Positions 13,628-29,828 of a DNA stretch of 64,000 nucleotides are shown piece by piece. Positions within the stretch are counted from its first letter, which is position 1. The number at the start of each line of letters is the position of its first letter. The position numbers and the translations under genes were made by a program. The notes under the pieces are model-generated. The model was not told the origin of the DNA, searched no databases, and saw nothing but the letters and a program-made list of their open reading frames with translations. Origin of the DNA: Lobosporangium transversale (taxonomy: Eukaryota); assembly GCF_002105155.1 (NCBI RefSeq), contig NW_019029006.1, positions 124,001 to 188,000 on the forward strand. Reading direction: 5' to 3'.

Positions 13628-15500
13628 ATGGAAGTTTATCCTTCTCAACCACCCCCAATCAACTCTGATGGGAAAACCCCGCATGTGATTATTGTAGGTG
13701 CAGGTCTTGCAGGCTTGTTCTTGGCCATTCTCCTCGACCGTCAGGGCGTCCCTTATGATATCTATGAGCGGAGCAAAGAAGTTAAACCTCTTGGTAAGAA
13801 TACTGGAGGGTAGAAAGATTTCAATCTAGAATAACTACGCACTTGTATTTTATACAAAACTAAACTACTTTCTTGTGGATAACTTTCCCTGTAGGTGCCC
13901 TCATGAGCCTGAATGCCAATATCCTACCCGTGTTTGAGCAATTGGGCATTCTTGATGAGCTTCTTCAGGTCTCATTTCCAAGTGCGGGGTTTTTCATCAC
14001 TAAGAGTAACCTCAAGCCAATTGCATCGTTAATGATTAGCAATCAAGAAAAGCTGTAAGTACCATCAAGGTCTCTAAAATTGGACTGAGTATCTCCATAT
14101 ATTTATAGAGATATATTTTACTTTGATCCATAGATTTGGTTACCGATATCTCCTCTTTGCTCGCCCCAAGCTGCATGACATCCTACTGTCGCGCGTGCCT
14201 CCAGAGCGAATCCATATGAACAAAAAGGTCATGTCAATTGCACAAAATAGTAGACAAGGTGTAATGATCCGTTGCAGCGATAATACAACCTATCATGGTG
14301 ATATTCTTGTTGGAGCGGACGGTGCCTATTCGGGCGTACGTCAAAGTCTTTATAAGATGATGCATTCAGAAGGCATTTTACAAGATTCGGACACAAAATC
14401 TCTAAGTATGAACTTCACATGCCTAGTCGGTACTACCGATTCTCTTGACCCTGAAAAATATCCAATCTTGAAGGAAAAAGAAGCAAAGTTGCACCAAGTC
14501 ATCGGCAATGGGACGCAATATACAGTAAGTATGATCTTATCTGAACTTTTATCTGTACTCTTTATATTTATACTTGGAGAATAAATCTTTTTAATGACTG
14601 TAACTATGATTAGTGGAGTGCCGTTAATGTCCCAGAACATCGTATTTGTTGGAATGTTGTCTCTCAATTCCCTTCTGCGGTTGAAGCTGAGGACGAGAGG
14701 TTCCGTAATTCAGAATGGGGGCCAGCAGCTAGTGAAACGATGACCAGTGAAGTCAGGGACTTTTTGCTTCCTATCGGAGGCACTATTGGCGATCTCATCG
14801 ATGCAACGCCCAAAGAATCAATCTCGCGTGTTTTTCTCGAGGATAAAATCTTCGAAACCTGGTACCACATGCGGACCGTCCTTATCGGAGATGCATGCCA
14901 TAAGGTAATGCGCATTAAAGGTGTTGAGGAGTAGAGAGGAAGAAAAGATATTTAAACAATCATTTTGTTATTCAAAAAAAAAAAAAAAAAAAAAAAAAGC
15001 TTCTTCCTAGTGCCGGACAAGGTGCAGTTAACGCATTTCAGGATGCAGTTATTCTTGCCAATTGTATCTATGATTTAAAATCCTTGGCCCAAGAAGATAT
15101 TATAGCGACATTCAAAGATTATCGCGATCAACGTTACCCTCATGTCATTGAGCAATACGAAGCTAGCAAAATGAATGCCAAAATTATCTATGGACAGGTA
15201 CAGGACCTCTTACTTTATAAGTGCTTATGCTCGAAGGATTTAAAATAATAATAATAACATGTTTGTTTAATACTGTCTGGATTTTAGAAATTGTCGGAGC
15301 GTGTTATTCGTAATATTGTACTTAACTATATGCCCAAGTCTGTTCAGGTTAAGAATGCGGCCAAAAACATGGCATACAGGCCACAGGCCACATTTCTTCC
15401 ACTGCCGCCGAAACGAGGAATCAGTCCAGTCCTCCCACAGAAACCTTCAAGGCGATATATGGAGGAACAAGCAAAGCTAAAGCAGACCCAGGTCAAGTAG
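13628..15500 (+). CDS. FAD-dependent monooxygenase (group A flavoprotein, salicylate hydroxylase/UbiH-like), multi-exon
   Basis: VIIVGAGLAGL Rossmann motif, ILVGADGAYSGVR (DG motif), VLIGDACHK / LLPSAGQGAVNAFQDA (GD motif); GT-AG introns. Confidence 0.9.
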
Positions 15501-15989
15501 ATTGAAAGTACATCATTAGGATAGGATATGAATACAACTTCTGTATCGCACTTTCTTTTTTTTTTTTTTTGGGGAGGGCGGGGGCAGAGCCATACAATTG
15601 CACGATATATCGCAAGGGTCTAGAAACCACACGTTATAAAGAAATGTAAAAAGAATATAAATACTATGATTTCGTCATTTGGTGTGGCGCTGACTGTCCA
15701 CCAAACACCTGGCATATGCATGAATTCTTTACTACTGGCGTCCGAGCACTGGTATTCATGTACTCTATTTTATTACAACATCGAAGGCGCCAGTGACTTC
15801 TCAAACACTGCGGTAATAAAAGTGAGTTCATAAATATAACCTTCATCTCATTTGACAATCGCACTTTCAGGCTCTACCGCTTTCAGATATTCCTAATCTT
15901 GGTGACGCAGTCGCTGCATCGATACATTTTGCCTCGCCGTCAATAACATCCTTTTGCTGGTAAGTTTATTTTAAACTGATGAATCGTCC

Positions 15990-16110
15990 GCTCGCTACTT
16001 AAACAGGACAAAGCACAGGGAGCAAATAAAAGGGCAGAGATGATTGAGGTAAGTAAGTACGAATGCACCAATCGAGGATTTCAGGGAGTTTGGTCACGCT
16101 TGTTGGGATC
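15990..16110 (-). pseudogene. Possible decayed F-box gene fragment
   Basis: Minus frame KLPEILDWCIRTYLPQSSL resembles the F-box LPEILxxIxxYL pattern; no intact ORF. Confidence 0.3.
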
Positions 16111-16464
16111 GTATCATATTTTAGAGGCACTACAAGAGCTCTTGGATCGACGCCATGCGTTGTGAGACGTTATATGTCCGTCTTTCAGATGTACTGTGTG
16201 TTATGGGGCTTTGGAATGGTAGTCGACGAAGCGGGGAAAAAAATTCTCATAGAAGGGATGATTGAAAAAAAAGAGTCGCAGAAATCCATTAACAAAATAA
16301 AAATAAAAAATATACAAAATACATACTAACAAATCTTTAATCATACTTTTCAAAGTCTATAAAAAAAGTAGAGCAACTATTCATGCTGATGCTGTTGAGC
16401 CAAAAGCTACTCAGGAAGACGTAAAAACCGTTTCTTGTATATACTCTACTCTGCGACTCCTCGT

Positions 16465-18573
16465 TCAGTCATCGTCACTAATGTCCACATACATGGGCTT
16501 CTTCGATGTGGCCCGAGCCCTAGATGGTCGTGATACAATCGCCGATACGTTGTCCAACTCTGCCAGTAACTGTGAGCCTGCCCCAGACGTCAAGGATTTG
16601 ACGGGTGATGATGACGACGATGAATTGAGAGTCTTGGCGCCAGCTACTGCTCCAGTCGAGTTGAGCGATGTTGACGACGATGATGGTTCTCCATTACTAC
16701 CACCACTACCAGCATTGACTCCTCCTGTCAATGATGTACTGCTACCATTGCGACTCGACATTGGAATTCGCTTCTTTACCTGCGATACCTTAGAGGGTAC
16801 CATAATTGAAAACATTGAGTCATCATCCGGGATCGCTGGTGGTAAAATTGTTTGTGATTTTGATGCTGAAGGCGTCGGCTTGACCTTGATTGGATTTCGA
16901 GAAGAATTAGCATCATCATCAGACGCGAATCCTATCCCAACTTCGTCCGCAGCATTGTCATCCTGCGTCTTGGCAACGCTGCTTTCATGGTGAACATCAT
17001 TGCCTTCTGCCATATTAACATCTTCATCTGGATGATTGTCATCAGCATCGTCCTCGTTCGACAAGGAGAACATCTTCTTAGCCGCACTGACCGCGGCGCT
17101 ACGACCAGGAACGGGTGGTCTGGCAGCCTTAGAGGCCGCGCGCGGTGTTGCTGTCTTCTTAGGCTTATGCTCAACATAGTCATCTCCGTTTTCATCATCA
17201 TTGTCACCAACAAAGGCTTCGGCATCGCCATCATCATCATCATCATCCGACAAGATCTTTCGACTTCGTGCCTTGTTTGTAGCTTTGCCTTTTTGCTTCG
17301 ATGTGGTAGCCTTAGATGGTTTATTTCCATCATCTCCACTCAAAGTTTCATCCATCGCTGCCGGCGAAGATTTTTTCTCCTTCTTCTCCTTTAGACGCTG
17401 CTCTTCCAAATCAACACTTTTCGTGGGCTTGCTAACAGGAGGAAGTGCATTCATTGTAGTAGCCTTCTTTGGTGATGGTAAAAAGCTTTCTTCAATATCC
17501 TCTTCATCTTCTGTGTCTCGATCTACAATTGCAGCCCGCTTGGCACGAGCAGCTCTCGGAGCACGTGCTTCACGAGGTGCTACAACAATATCATCCATCT
17601 CAACGTCATCATCATCATTAATCCGGGAAGAACCCCTTTTGCGAGATGATCCAAAGTCGCTGTCACCATCAGCTTCATCTTCACTATCCGAGATGACCTT
17701 TTTGAGCCGACTCTTGCCTTTCTTCTTTTCAACTGCCATCTTCAACGGCTCATTCGCGCTTTCAGGTTCGCTCTTCACCTCTGTCTTGACAGGAGTTTGT
17801 GCCGCTTTACTCTTCATCATGTCTACGATCGACTGTTGTTTCTTGGGTACTGAAGATGAAGTGGAAACACTAGAGGGAGTTGAGGCTCCAGATTTGGTAA
17901 AAAAATTAGAGATCGACTCCTCTTTAACTTCCGGCTTCACACTCGGTAGAGATGACTCGTTTTTGGCTGTTGTTATTTTCTTTGAAGCGGGGGTCTTCTT
18001 GGGCGGCTTGTCCTCAAAGTCGTCATCATCGTTAGCTTTCTTGGCTGACACCTTCCCACTCGTAGCACCAAGAGTCTTACCACGACCTCGGGATATTGGC
18101 TTTTTACCTTTGTTACCGCTTCCCATGTAGTTAGCTTCGTCAATATCAGCCTGTAATAACGTCTCCCATGCTGCCATAAGCGCGTCCAGATCCTCATTCC
18201 AGAGATCGTATGCAGACTTGTCGATCAGCAGCTTCAGTTCCGCATTCTTCATGTCACGCTCCTTCTTGAGTTCTTCAACTTTCTCGTGGGTCAGACTCCA
18301 GATGGCCATCTTGAGAAGATAATCAAATTCGTTTCCATTTTCAACCTTGGGTTTAACGGCGCCTGGGTCAGGAACTACTGCCTGATCCACCTCTATATCT
18401 AAATCCTGGATCCTTGTGAAACCTTTCATATGCATATCCTGAACAATGAGTGCTTTCTTGCGGTTTTGGACTTGAAGTTCACCAGAAATAATCATCAAAA
18501 TGAACCGGACCTTATTATCGAGACGTGTCCATTGTTTTGTTAAAAGATCAATGAGGTGGTCCTATTAATGAAG

Positions 18574-18604
<31 letters not shown>

Positions 18605-18665
18605 TAGAGATCAATTATGTCTTGATGTCAGCTTCGAATTCTTTGGAAGTATTACAAATGTATAA

Positions 18666-18700
<35 letters not shown>

Positions 18701-21700
18701 CACACCTTGCGTCTGCGGTAGTAATCAAGTCGGAGATCATAAAACTCCTGCACAATCTCCTCAGGCGATGAGTACCGTTTAATGCGTCCTTGAGGATCGA
18801 AGCAGACCATATTTGTTGTCGAGATGCTACTCGTGAGCTTGAACTTGGACTCAAGACCTTCTTCACGAGCCTTACGCATTTGATCCTGCGTGAGAGTGAT
18901 AGACAGATCAATACTTGTGAGAGTTCCATTGTCACGGTAGTCTTTGACCCATGCTGCCTGTTTTTCAGTCCCGGAGATCCAGCTCTCCAGTTGCTCTTTA
19001 TAAGGCGTTGTCCATGTCCGGATGGGCAGCTCTGTGATCCGAACCGTCGTATCATTAAGCTCCTCAATAGTTCCAGAGACCTTGTACTTGTGCTCCCCCT
19101 CCTTCTCGACCCGTCCCACAAAGCCACGGTACCATGGCATCATTGGTACTTGCTGCTCACCCTTCATCAGTCGACGGATATTGGCAATGATATCCATGGG
19201 ATTGTAGTTAGGGATGGTAGAGCTCCATCCTGTTCCAATGCCCTCTGCTCCATTAACAAGGACCATGGGGATCACAGGCATATACCACTCTGGCTCAATC
19301 CAATCACCATCATCGTTCAAGTAAGTTAAGAGGGGGTCATCATGAATGTGGAAGATACAGCGGGTAATGGCTGGGATCGCTGTGAAGATATAACGGGCAC
19401 TGGCAGCATCTTTGCCTCCTTGCATTCTGCTACCAAATTGACCAACGGGTGAAAGTAGGTTGATGTTGTTGCTGCCTACGAAATTCTGTGCGAGGCCAAC
19501 AATTGTCATTGTCAAACTTTGTTCACCATGGTGATATGCGGATTTCTCAGACACGTACCCAGACAGTTGCGCCACCTATGCCATAATAAGTTTACAAATT
19601 CGAGCACTGGATTAGATTCATTTTGCTGGTCAATCACATCAACTTCCTCCATAAGTTTGTAAGCTTACTGGAGTAACACACGTACCTTAATCTCTCCAGC
19701 AATCTTTTTCTTGAAGGCTCCAAAGATGACCTTTCGCTGACCTGGCTTAAGACCGTCAACCATTGAAGGAATTGAGCGGATATTGTCTGCCATTGAGAAT
19801 AAAATCAGCTCTTTGTTGATAAAATCCTCTATCGGGATCTCGTTAATGGTGGTGTCCAAATATGTACCAGGCTAGATCAAAACATAAATAGAGCCAAGCT
19901 TAGTTTCAGAAACAAGCCTGCATCTTGCCAACAGCGACTATCATATAAAACTACCCGAACAAAACATACCTGGAATTGACTGAGCCATTCCTTGCGCTCG
20001 TCAGCCTTCTTCTTATTAAAAGCCATGTCAACTAGAGCACGAGCATGATCTGTTATAGGAGCAAATTCCTTCTTATGCTTCTCCATATGGCTGAAATAAT
20101 CCTTGGCATCCTCCGTGGTGCTTGTTCCCAGACCTTTATAATACTTGATGTTCCAGCCTTTAGCGCCATCTACAGATTCTTTCCAGGCCTCATACTCTGG
20201 GATAGTATAAAACGAAAGCTTCTCGCGACCTTTTGTCGCCTTGACAATAGGCGTGATAAACTCAACCAAGAAGCCAGGAATCTTAAGAAGTGAAGGAAAA
20301 TAGTGATCCAAGAAATTGATGACAAGCCCCTTAATGTGAGATCCATCATGGTCCTGATCTGTCATGATCATAAGATGACCATATCTCAATTCATCGATAC
20401 TGGTATACGTCTTGCCTTGCTTCAGACCCAGGATTTGCTTGATATAACCAATCTCCTTGTTAGTGGAAACAGCGCTAGTTGCTGTATCTCGCACATTGAG
20501 AAGCTTTCCTCGAAGAGGAAAGACTCCGTAAAAATCGCGTTTGAGAACACTGTATCCTGACATGACCAGCGATTTGGCCGAGTCTCCTTCTGTGAGGATT
20601 AGAGTACAGTCTCGTCCTCCACGGCCAGCCTTGTGCGCATCCTCAAGTTTGGGAATATTAGTGAGACGCTGTCTATTCGACGAACCGTCCGTCTTCTTGA
20701 GCGCCAGAGCATCCTTGACATTAGCCCAATTGACCACACCTTCAACAATAGGTGACTTGATGATCTCTTTGATGAACTTTTCGCTGAGTTCGCACTTTGA
20801 CCCGAAGGCTGACTGCTTCAATGTCATGTTTTCTTTTGTTTGAGAGTCAAAGGCTGGGTTCTCAATGAGGCAATTGATGAAGACCCAAATATGGCTCTTA
20901 ATGTGGAAAGGCTTGACATTGGTCGACTTTGATTTCTTCTTGACTACTGTGACAAGCTCCTTGACGATCTGATTCGCCACGTAATCCACATGAACACCTC
21001 CCTTAGAAGTCGAAATGCTGTTCACAAAACTGACTTGTTGGAACTGCCCATCACTTGGAATGCAGGCGATCTCCCACCGCGGATCGGGTGTATCATAAAT
21101 AAGCTTGGGTTTATCCTGGCCCTCTGTAGATTCCGGTATATACATCTCAATATACTCCTTAAAGTTCTTGATCTTGATGCGCTCTCCATTCAAATAGACT
21201 TTGACACCTTTGACACAGCCCGCCATGTCGTATGTTCGTTTTTTCAGTAGAGCTTCTAGGTCAGCATCAATACAATCCATGCTAAATCTCTGAAAGTCAG
21301 GCTTGAACGTGATCCTGGTGAATTCTTCTCCTTTCTTCATAGGTGAAATCTTGGGTTTGCCTGTAATGGACATATTCTTGTTGAAAACCTGCTTATAAGT
21401 GAGACCATTCTTTTTATCTGCTGTCTCCACAATAAATTCTGTGCTGAAAATGTTGCAGAGCTTCGCTCCATATCCATTCCTTCCTCCTGTAACCTTTTTC
21501 TGCGAATCGTCGTAGTTTGATGATGTGAGCAAATGTCCGAAGATGAGCTCAGGGACATAGCACCCTTCTTTTTTGTGCATCTCTACAGGAATCCCTCTCC
21601 CATTATTGTATACTGAAATCTGCCCGTTCTCCTTATCTATGTCAATTTTGATAGTGTCCATATTTGGATCTCGAATCTAAATATGTATCTATTGTTAATA

Positions 21701-22271
21701 CCAGTCCTCATTATAAAACATTACTAGAATACATGAATTACACGTCAAAAATAAAGGTTGTATTTGGCAGATATACCTTGTTGTCGGCTGCATTAACAAT
21801 GATTTCATCCACGATCTTATATAGACCAGGAACAATACTAACTTGCCTATTGACGAACTTTGTAGAGTCTGGATCAAGTACCCAAAGTGTTTGTTGATTC
21901 ATTTCGGTTGTACCAATATATGTGTCGGGTCGTAGTAAGATATGTTCCAGAGGAGTCTTCTTTTGATAGATCTCTTCGATGGTGCGGTCCTCATTGTATT
22001 CAGTAGTCTTCTTTTGCGCTTTTGCTGGCGGTGGCTTTGGATCGTCATTTTGACTATTGTTGCCATCACTGTTCACCTCTTCGCCAATAGTGCTGCTATC
22101 GAGCTTTCGCTTCTTTGGCGCTGTACTATTCAGGTCTACCTTTACTGATTTGGTTGCTTTCGGCTTACTGACTGCTGTTGCCTTCTTTGGTGCAGCCTTT
22201 GATTTTACAGCCTAATAATAACATAAAAGAAAATTCATAAATCTCTGCCAACAGTAAGTACATTTTGCGAG

Positions 22272-22303
<32 letters not shown>

Positions 22304-22420
22304 GTTTCCATATAAAACGAGATGAAACAGCTTTTGAGGTATTACCTTTTTAGTGGTCTCTGGCTCATAAGCATCGCTGTCATCTTGCGACATGAATGCG
22401 TCATCTCCACCGTCAGACAT
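16465..22420 (-). CDS. TOP2: DNA topoisomerase II (multi-exon)
   Basis: EHILLRPDTYIG, DEIIVNAADN, GGRNGYGAKL, LTEGDSA, PLRGK, DQDHDGSHIKG, YYKGLGTS, DGLKPGQRK, ASARY (catalytic Tyr); long charged C-terminal tail. ATG at 22420. Confidence 0.98.
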
Positions 22421-22754
22421 TGTTGCTGTAACTCTAGATCTATTTCGGATAAATTGGGATATGAAAGATGCTTTCAATGAAAATGCTGTCAACTTTAAGG
22501 GAGGATTGTTAACGGTGTGTGGGAGAACAGGTGAAGAGCAAATTTTTTTAATTGGTGAAAATCATGAAAACTTTACAACGCGCCCAGGGACAGGTCAGGG
22601 ACGCGATCAGACTTGATTCGTTCACGTGATTTACTCGTTGACTTACGTACATGACACGTAATCTCTCTTATTCTGTCAAGTTTGCCCTTATCGCTCTCCC
22701 CAAAAAACCACTCATCATCTCACCAACTTTTCATACACACTTCTAAATCCCATT
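22421..22754. promoter_or_regulatory. Bidirectional TOP2/SAR1 promoter with MCB-like and E-box motifs
   Basis: Only 334 bp separate the divergent ATGs. ACGCG at 22578, ACGCGA at 22601, CACGTG at 22623. Confidence 0.5.
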
Positions 22755-24341
<1,587 letters not shown>

Positions 24342-25540
24342 GTCAAAAGAATGATTTGTTCAGTTCATTGCAGTATTTCAGGTCGACAATACATTGCTGA
24401 GCCATACTCTGTTTTGTTCTTCTTTCGGCCGTTATACTATATAGCCACTGTTTCTCTTCCCTTTTGCTCTACCTTTTTTTTTTCTTTTCCCATCCTATAA
24501 TACAAATCGAATTATGAAAACAGTTTTTTATATGAATATTACTCTGCTCATATCTTTTACAGGCGATATGAAAATAGTCAACTCCAGCTAAAGGGGGAAA
24601 AAATGAGGTTCGTGTGGACATTAAATACTTGATTAAGGAGAGCAACTGAGCCAGTAATTCTGGACAGTTTAGTTGGGTTTAGAGTATCATTGCAAATAGG
24701 ACAAATATTGTTGCATGCCCTTGTTATAAAACATGTGTATATTTGTATAGAAGCAGGAGCCATTAGAATTTTGAGAGAAAAACATCCAACGAAAAAGGCC
24801 TCAAAACCGTGGTAGTTTTTATGGCTGGGGAATGAGGAAATTGAAGAAAGAGCTTATCAATATGGACCCAAACAAGAGACAAAACGCTAGAAGCAACTCT
24901 TTTAAAAACTCTTTGCTGTTTAGATTTTACCGCATTGGTTCTTTGAGACTCAAAAATTGTCCCTGTTCTCAACTCAAGCATCCTTTGGTACTATTCAGCT
25001 GTCAATGATGGTACGGCAAAGAGGCGTAAACCTGTGTATGCATGCTTATAATAAAAGGAAGGATAGTCTTCAAAAGGATACGATTTATCGTTTTTGGAAA
25101 GCTCCCTCAAACCCGCGTGGAGCGCTACAAATTGTAGAACTGCTTGTTATAGACGTCGTCTATAGTGCTGCGCTCTCCATTGACGCCTTGTTGTGAAAGC
25201 ACAGGCCCTCGAATTCTCTTAAAACGAATCAATAGGGGCCATCTTCCAAAGACTTTTCCTGGTGTAGGGGAGGCCTTATGCAAAGTGGCAGAAAGATGAA
25301 GGATCAAATCTATTGTTTCTGCGTTGGAAAATAAGTCAACCACTTAGCTCCATGTCACGCAACTTCACCTCTAATTGAATGCACATGATTCGTTGCTTTC
25401 ATTTGACTGATTGGAGCCATCTTTAATTTGACAAAGTTAATCTATTTTTCATTTTTGAATTCATTTCTTTGAAATTAAATTTTTCAGCATGACACCATAA
25501 GACATGATTGGCATTTTTTTTTAATAAATAAAATCAATTT

Positions 25541-25575
<35 letters not shown>

Positions 25576-25647
25576 ACATCCAATGAAAATAGTAATAATA
25601 TACAGGGGCATTTTGCATGAGAATAAAAAAGAAACAAGATATCATTT

Positions 25648-28600
25648 TCATTGCTGATCCTCCTCCTCATCCTGTTGCGATGATTGTTGGGTTTGTGGTT
25701 CTTGTTCTTGCTGATACTGCTTCTGTTGCTTCTGTTGTTCGTTTTGTTCCATCTTTGCAATCGTAGCACGACGTTTTCTAGAAAAGTAGTCGACACTGCG
25801 TCCATCTAGTTGGATATGAAGGGCTGACATGACTGCCTCAGAAGGCGTCATTATCGTAGCAGAGCTGCGTCTGTTATTTGAGTGATGACGGCGTGTTGCT
25901 AGAGGCCCTTCACCATCCTCTCCCTTCTCACCACTCTCGCCTCCACTAGAATCACGTCTTCCTTCTCCAGCTGCCATGGCAGCTTCCATGGCCTCTGTCT
26001 TGGCCTTGACACTCTGTCGCTTGTTCTGGAACCAAATCTGCACTGTTCGTGGACACATGCGACACTGCTTTGACAGACGCAGACGCTCTTCTGTGGAAGG
26101 AAAGTATGAGCGCTCAAATGCCGCATTTAGAACAGAGAGCTGACTGGCGTTAGCCCTCTTGCGTTTGGCCTTAACTGCATAAAACTCATCATCCATTACA
26201 ATTAAATCCTCGTCGTGGCCTGGATTTTTGATGCGCTTTGGTTTCTTAGATTTAGATGACTTTGGCTCCGCAGTGTCGAAGGGGTGAACAGATTGACTTG
26301 CGGCCACCACAGATTTGGATGCGCGCCTTAAGGGTGATGAGTGGTCTCCATGGCTGTCATCATGTCCATGTTCATGATTGTGCTCAGCCGAAAGATCTGA
26401 CGGTGTAGAATATCCGTTGTAGGCAGCAGATTTGTGATGTTGAGTGTGACCCTGATAGTAATCCTGGTGTTTGGGAGGAGGAGGAGGGACGCTATGTGCA
26501 TAGCTCTGGTACCATGATGGAGGCTTGATATCAAAATTAGGTGATTGTGGACGCGAATATGGTCGTGATTGAGAATACAACGAAGAGGAGGTTGAAGATG
26601 CCCCATGATTAGATGACGCCTTCCATCTACGGTTTTCATAGTCATATCTAGGCCTGTCTATGTCTGAGGACGGGTAATGGTGGCTAGATCCTGTCGAGTA
26701 ACCATACGCCTGTGATCCATATGCAGCAGCCATAGAAGATACATGATGACGGGAATAGCCGTCCGCTTCCTGTCCCATTGGACGCTTACGTGTCTCCTCT
26801 CCTTCTGGCTCATCTGGAATACCCTGGAGAGGCTTTGAATATTGACTCGATCGATACGAAGCCGAGTGTGATGGTGGGGGCAGACGTTGTGGGATATCAG
26901 CAGCGTCAATACCATAGATACGCCTGGGCTTTGATTCCACTGGTGTATTCGAGTAGTTGGATGGATAACGTAGATGTGATGTTGATGAGGATACCAAGGA
27001 TGGTGACGAGGTAGACTTGGAGACAGATGAGGAAGAAGGGTAGGGTGGTGGAAGCATACTTGAGCCGGAGTACGTGTATGGCCAATTTTCATTCGGAGCA
27101 TCAATGGGGACAACTCTGGTTGTGCGCGGCTGAGGTGACCAGTTATCATCAACAGTCGAGTCACGGCCATAGACCCTGGGTGGTTTATTCTCAGCAGCAG
27201 AGAGTAACGCCTATGGAAACCATAGAAATACGAGTTGATTAGTCATTTTGAATGCCCAGATTATGCAAAAGACATCTTGTAAGCCGGAACAAGGATTGGA
27301 CAGGAAGCATGTAATTGGAAAGAAAAAAAAAAAAGAAAAAAAAAAAAAAAAAGTAGCTTACGGAAGGCGGAGGAAGAAGGGGACCATGGTTCTGTTTTCT
27401 AGATTGGTCACCTGAGTTCGGTTCTGTGGTTTGTCCATGACTATATTCATGCACAGGCCTCGAGGAAGATGAAGTGGATAGTCGGCCATTGCTTGAAACG
27501 TCATGAGTACTCACGCTATTACTTGAAGAGTAATTATATGATGGTGTGGAAGATTGAGAGGCATGGAAATAGAGCGAAGAAGATTCTTCGACCGGGATGG
27601 CGGGCTTTGTGGATACTGGGGTCGAAGAGGAAGAAGAGGAAGAGGAATTGAATGTCTCGGAAGAGCGAGGCTTGCTATGATGGAAGGCAGTGCTCGATGG
27701 AGGCGAGGATGGAGCGCTGTATGGGCCATAATTCTGTTGATGGAGCGCATAATCGCTTTTTGAGCGGTCTGGTTTCCGATGATGGTCCTGCTCGTATGAA
27801 TAGCTATAATCTTGGTATCGATCATTATTCCAGGAGGCGGAACGTTGTTGTGGGCCTGGATGAGTGGAGCGAGGTGTAGTCGAATATGGGATGGACGAGG
27901 ATGGATAGTGCCGCATAGAGGATTCAGGGGGAGAAGCCGCTGAAGAAGATGTCGGACGGTTATTGTCTGAATGTGCATGTGAATATCGGTCAGGATAAGA
28001 AGGCCTGAAGGAAGAAGGATTCGCGCTATCCGAGGCTCGATGTGCAAAAGCTGGTTCTCGGCCGTTTCTATCTGAGGGTTGTTCATGGCTTTTATCCTTC
28101 AACGTGGTAGAAGGATAGGAACCATCGCCATGATCATCACCGTTGACGCCATAGTGGTTGTCTCGTGCAACGTTGTGCCCATGATTGTATGAAGAATGAT
28201 ACTGTCTTTGGGTTCGAGAACGCTGGTGATCAGGATTTTCTTCTTCTGTAATAGCACGGAGCTGTTGTTGACGATGGTGACCATTGTCGGCAGCAGTGCC
28301 TTCAGAGCAGAGGAGGTTTGCAATGTTTATGCGTGAATGATACTTGTCCGACGGTGCGGATGACGCATTTTGGCGATATGGCAGGTGATCCTGGTATTCT
28401 TCGCGTGATTGCATATGATCATGACCATAGAACTTTGCAATGGCCGACTTGATGGGAAGGATGGGTTGATCGAGATTAGCAGTGTTATTAGTCTTGACCT
28501 TGACAGGATCCATGCATGAGAATCGAGGGGACGAGCTCGAGGATGACAAAGGAGAAGAAGGAGAAGAAGGACCAGGTGAGTGGTTGTGAGAAGAGGAGGA

Positions 28601-28717
28601 GGAGGAGGAGGAGTTGTGAGAGTTAAGAGAATGATGGGCACCAAAGGAAGGGAATAGGGGTGCAGAGGGGAGAGGAGAGGACACGAGAGTGGGTGAGGAT
28701 GTGGGCAAGGCAACCAT
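25648..28717 (-). CDS. Homeodomain transcription factor, Yox1/Yhp1-like, with a long Ser/His-rich disordered N-terminus (one intron, ~27211-27361)
   Basis: KRKRANASQLSVLNAAFERSYFPSTEERLRLSKQCRMCPRTVQIWFQNKRQSVK. The two long ORFs splice in frame (PPPS|ALLSAAE). Confidence 0.88.
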
Positions 28718-29794
28718 CAGTGAGATCAATAAAGAAGAGGGAAGCCAGCTTAGACAATGGAGGACTTGAAACGAAGGATATGGCGCTGGAGGAGGGGATG
28801 GGGAGACGGGGGATTGGGGGACGAAGTGAATGACAAAAAAAAAAAAAAAAAAAAAAAGCGCTGTGTTGTTTTTGTGGAGGAATGAAAATGTGTACTTCTT
28901 ATTAGTAACAGACTAGCGTGCTTTGAGATTCCTTCAATAGGTCAAAAGACAGGAGAGAACAAGAAAAGTGAAGGAAGAAAACCAAGAGTTCAAAAGAGAC
29001 AGGGAGAGAAAGAGAAAGAGAGAAGGGACACAGAGAGAAGGCAAAGTGTATCAGTTATTCAGTTGATTAAGAGTTGTCAGAGTCAGTTATCGAGTATCAA
29101 GGAGTGTTTGACTAAATGACAGAGTGAATGTGAACAGAATGTGGAAAGAAAAGGAAGAGAAAGGAAGAGAGAAAGAAAGAGGGAAAGTAAGAGAAAGAGA
29201 AGAAAAAAAAAAAGAGATGAGCGTGAGTATTGAGGAAGACATTTGAGAGCAATTGAACCAGAAAAGAGTCCAATGTCACATCAGCCATGGATAGAACAGT
29301 ATACGATACAACCATTCAGCCATGCACCATTCGCATATATTTCTGTTCATACGGACACACAACACATACACAGATGCATATTTATACCATTGCACGTACA
29401 CTTCACATTTGCATGCAAAAAGCAAGAACAATGTAAACCCACTGCAGGATATATTCGTGCATAAAGTAGAGAAGATTGAATACTATCTTTCAAAAAAGTG
29501 AAGACCTTCTCCTTCTCCTTGTGATAGATGAATGAGCCGTCATCGGTCTTTTGTCTCTCTCTCTCTCTGTCTGTCTGCCTGTCTTCACACATTCCTTTTG
29601 TTGTCTGTTTTAGTGTATGAATATGAAGTAATATAAACTTGTTCGTCTCGAGAGCAAAATCCTGTGTGGCTGGCAAGATACTAAACAACAGACACTTATT
29701 AAATGATTCTCAATATGTCCTTTATATTTTACAATAGTACATTTTCAATAGGCACTCCCTGGTAGACACTCGCCTCCCTGACGTTCTTCATTTA

Positions 29795-29828
<34 letters not shown>

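Noticed and set aside
16481..18130. Long + strand ORFs (170 and 309 aa)
   Set aside because: Antisense shadows of the low-complexity TOP2 tail; no independent motifs.
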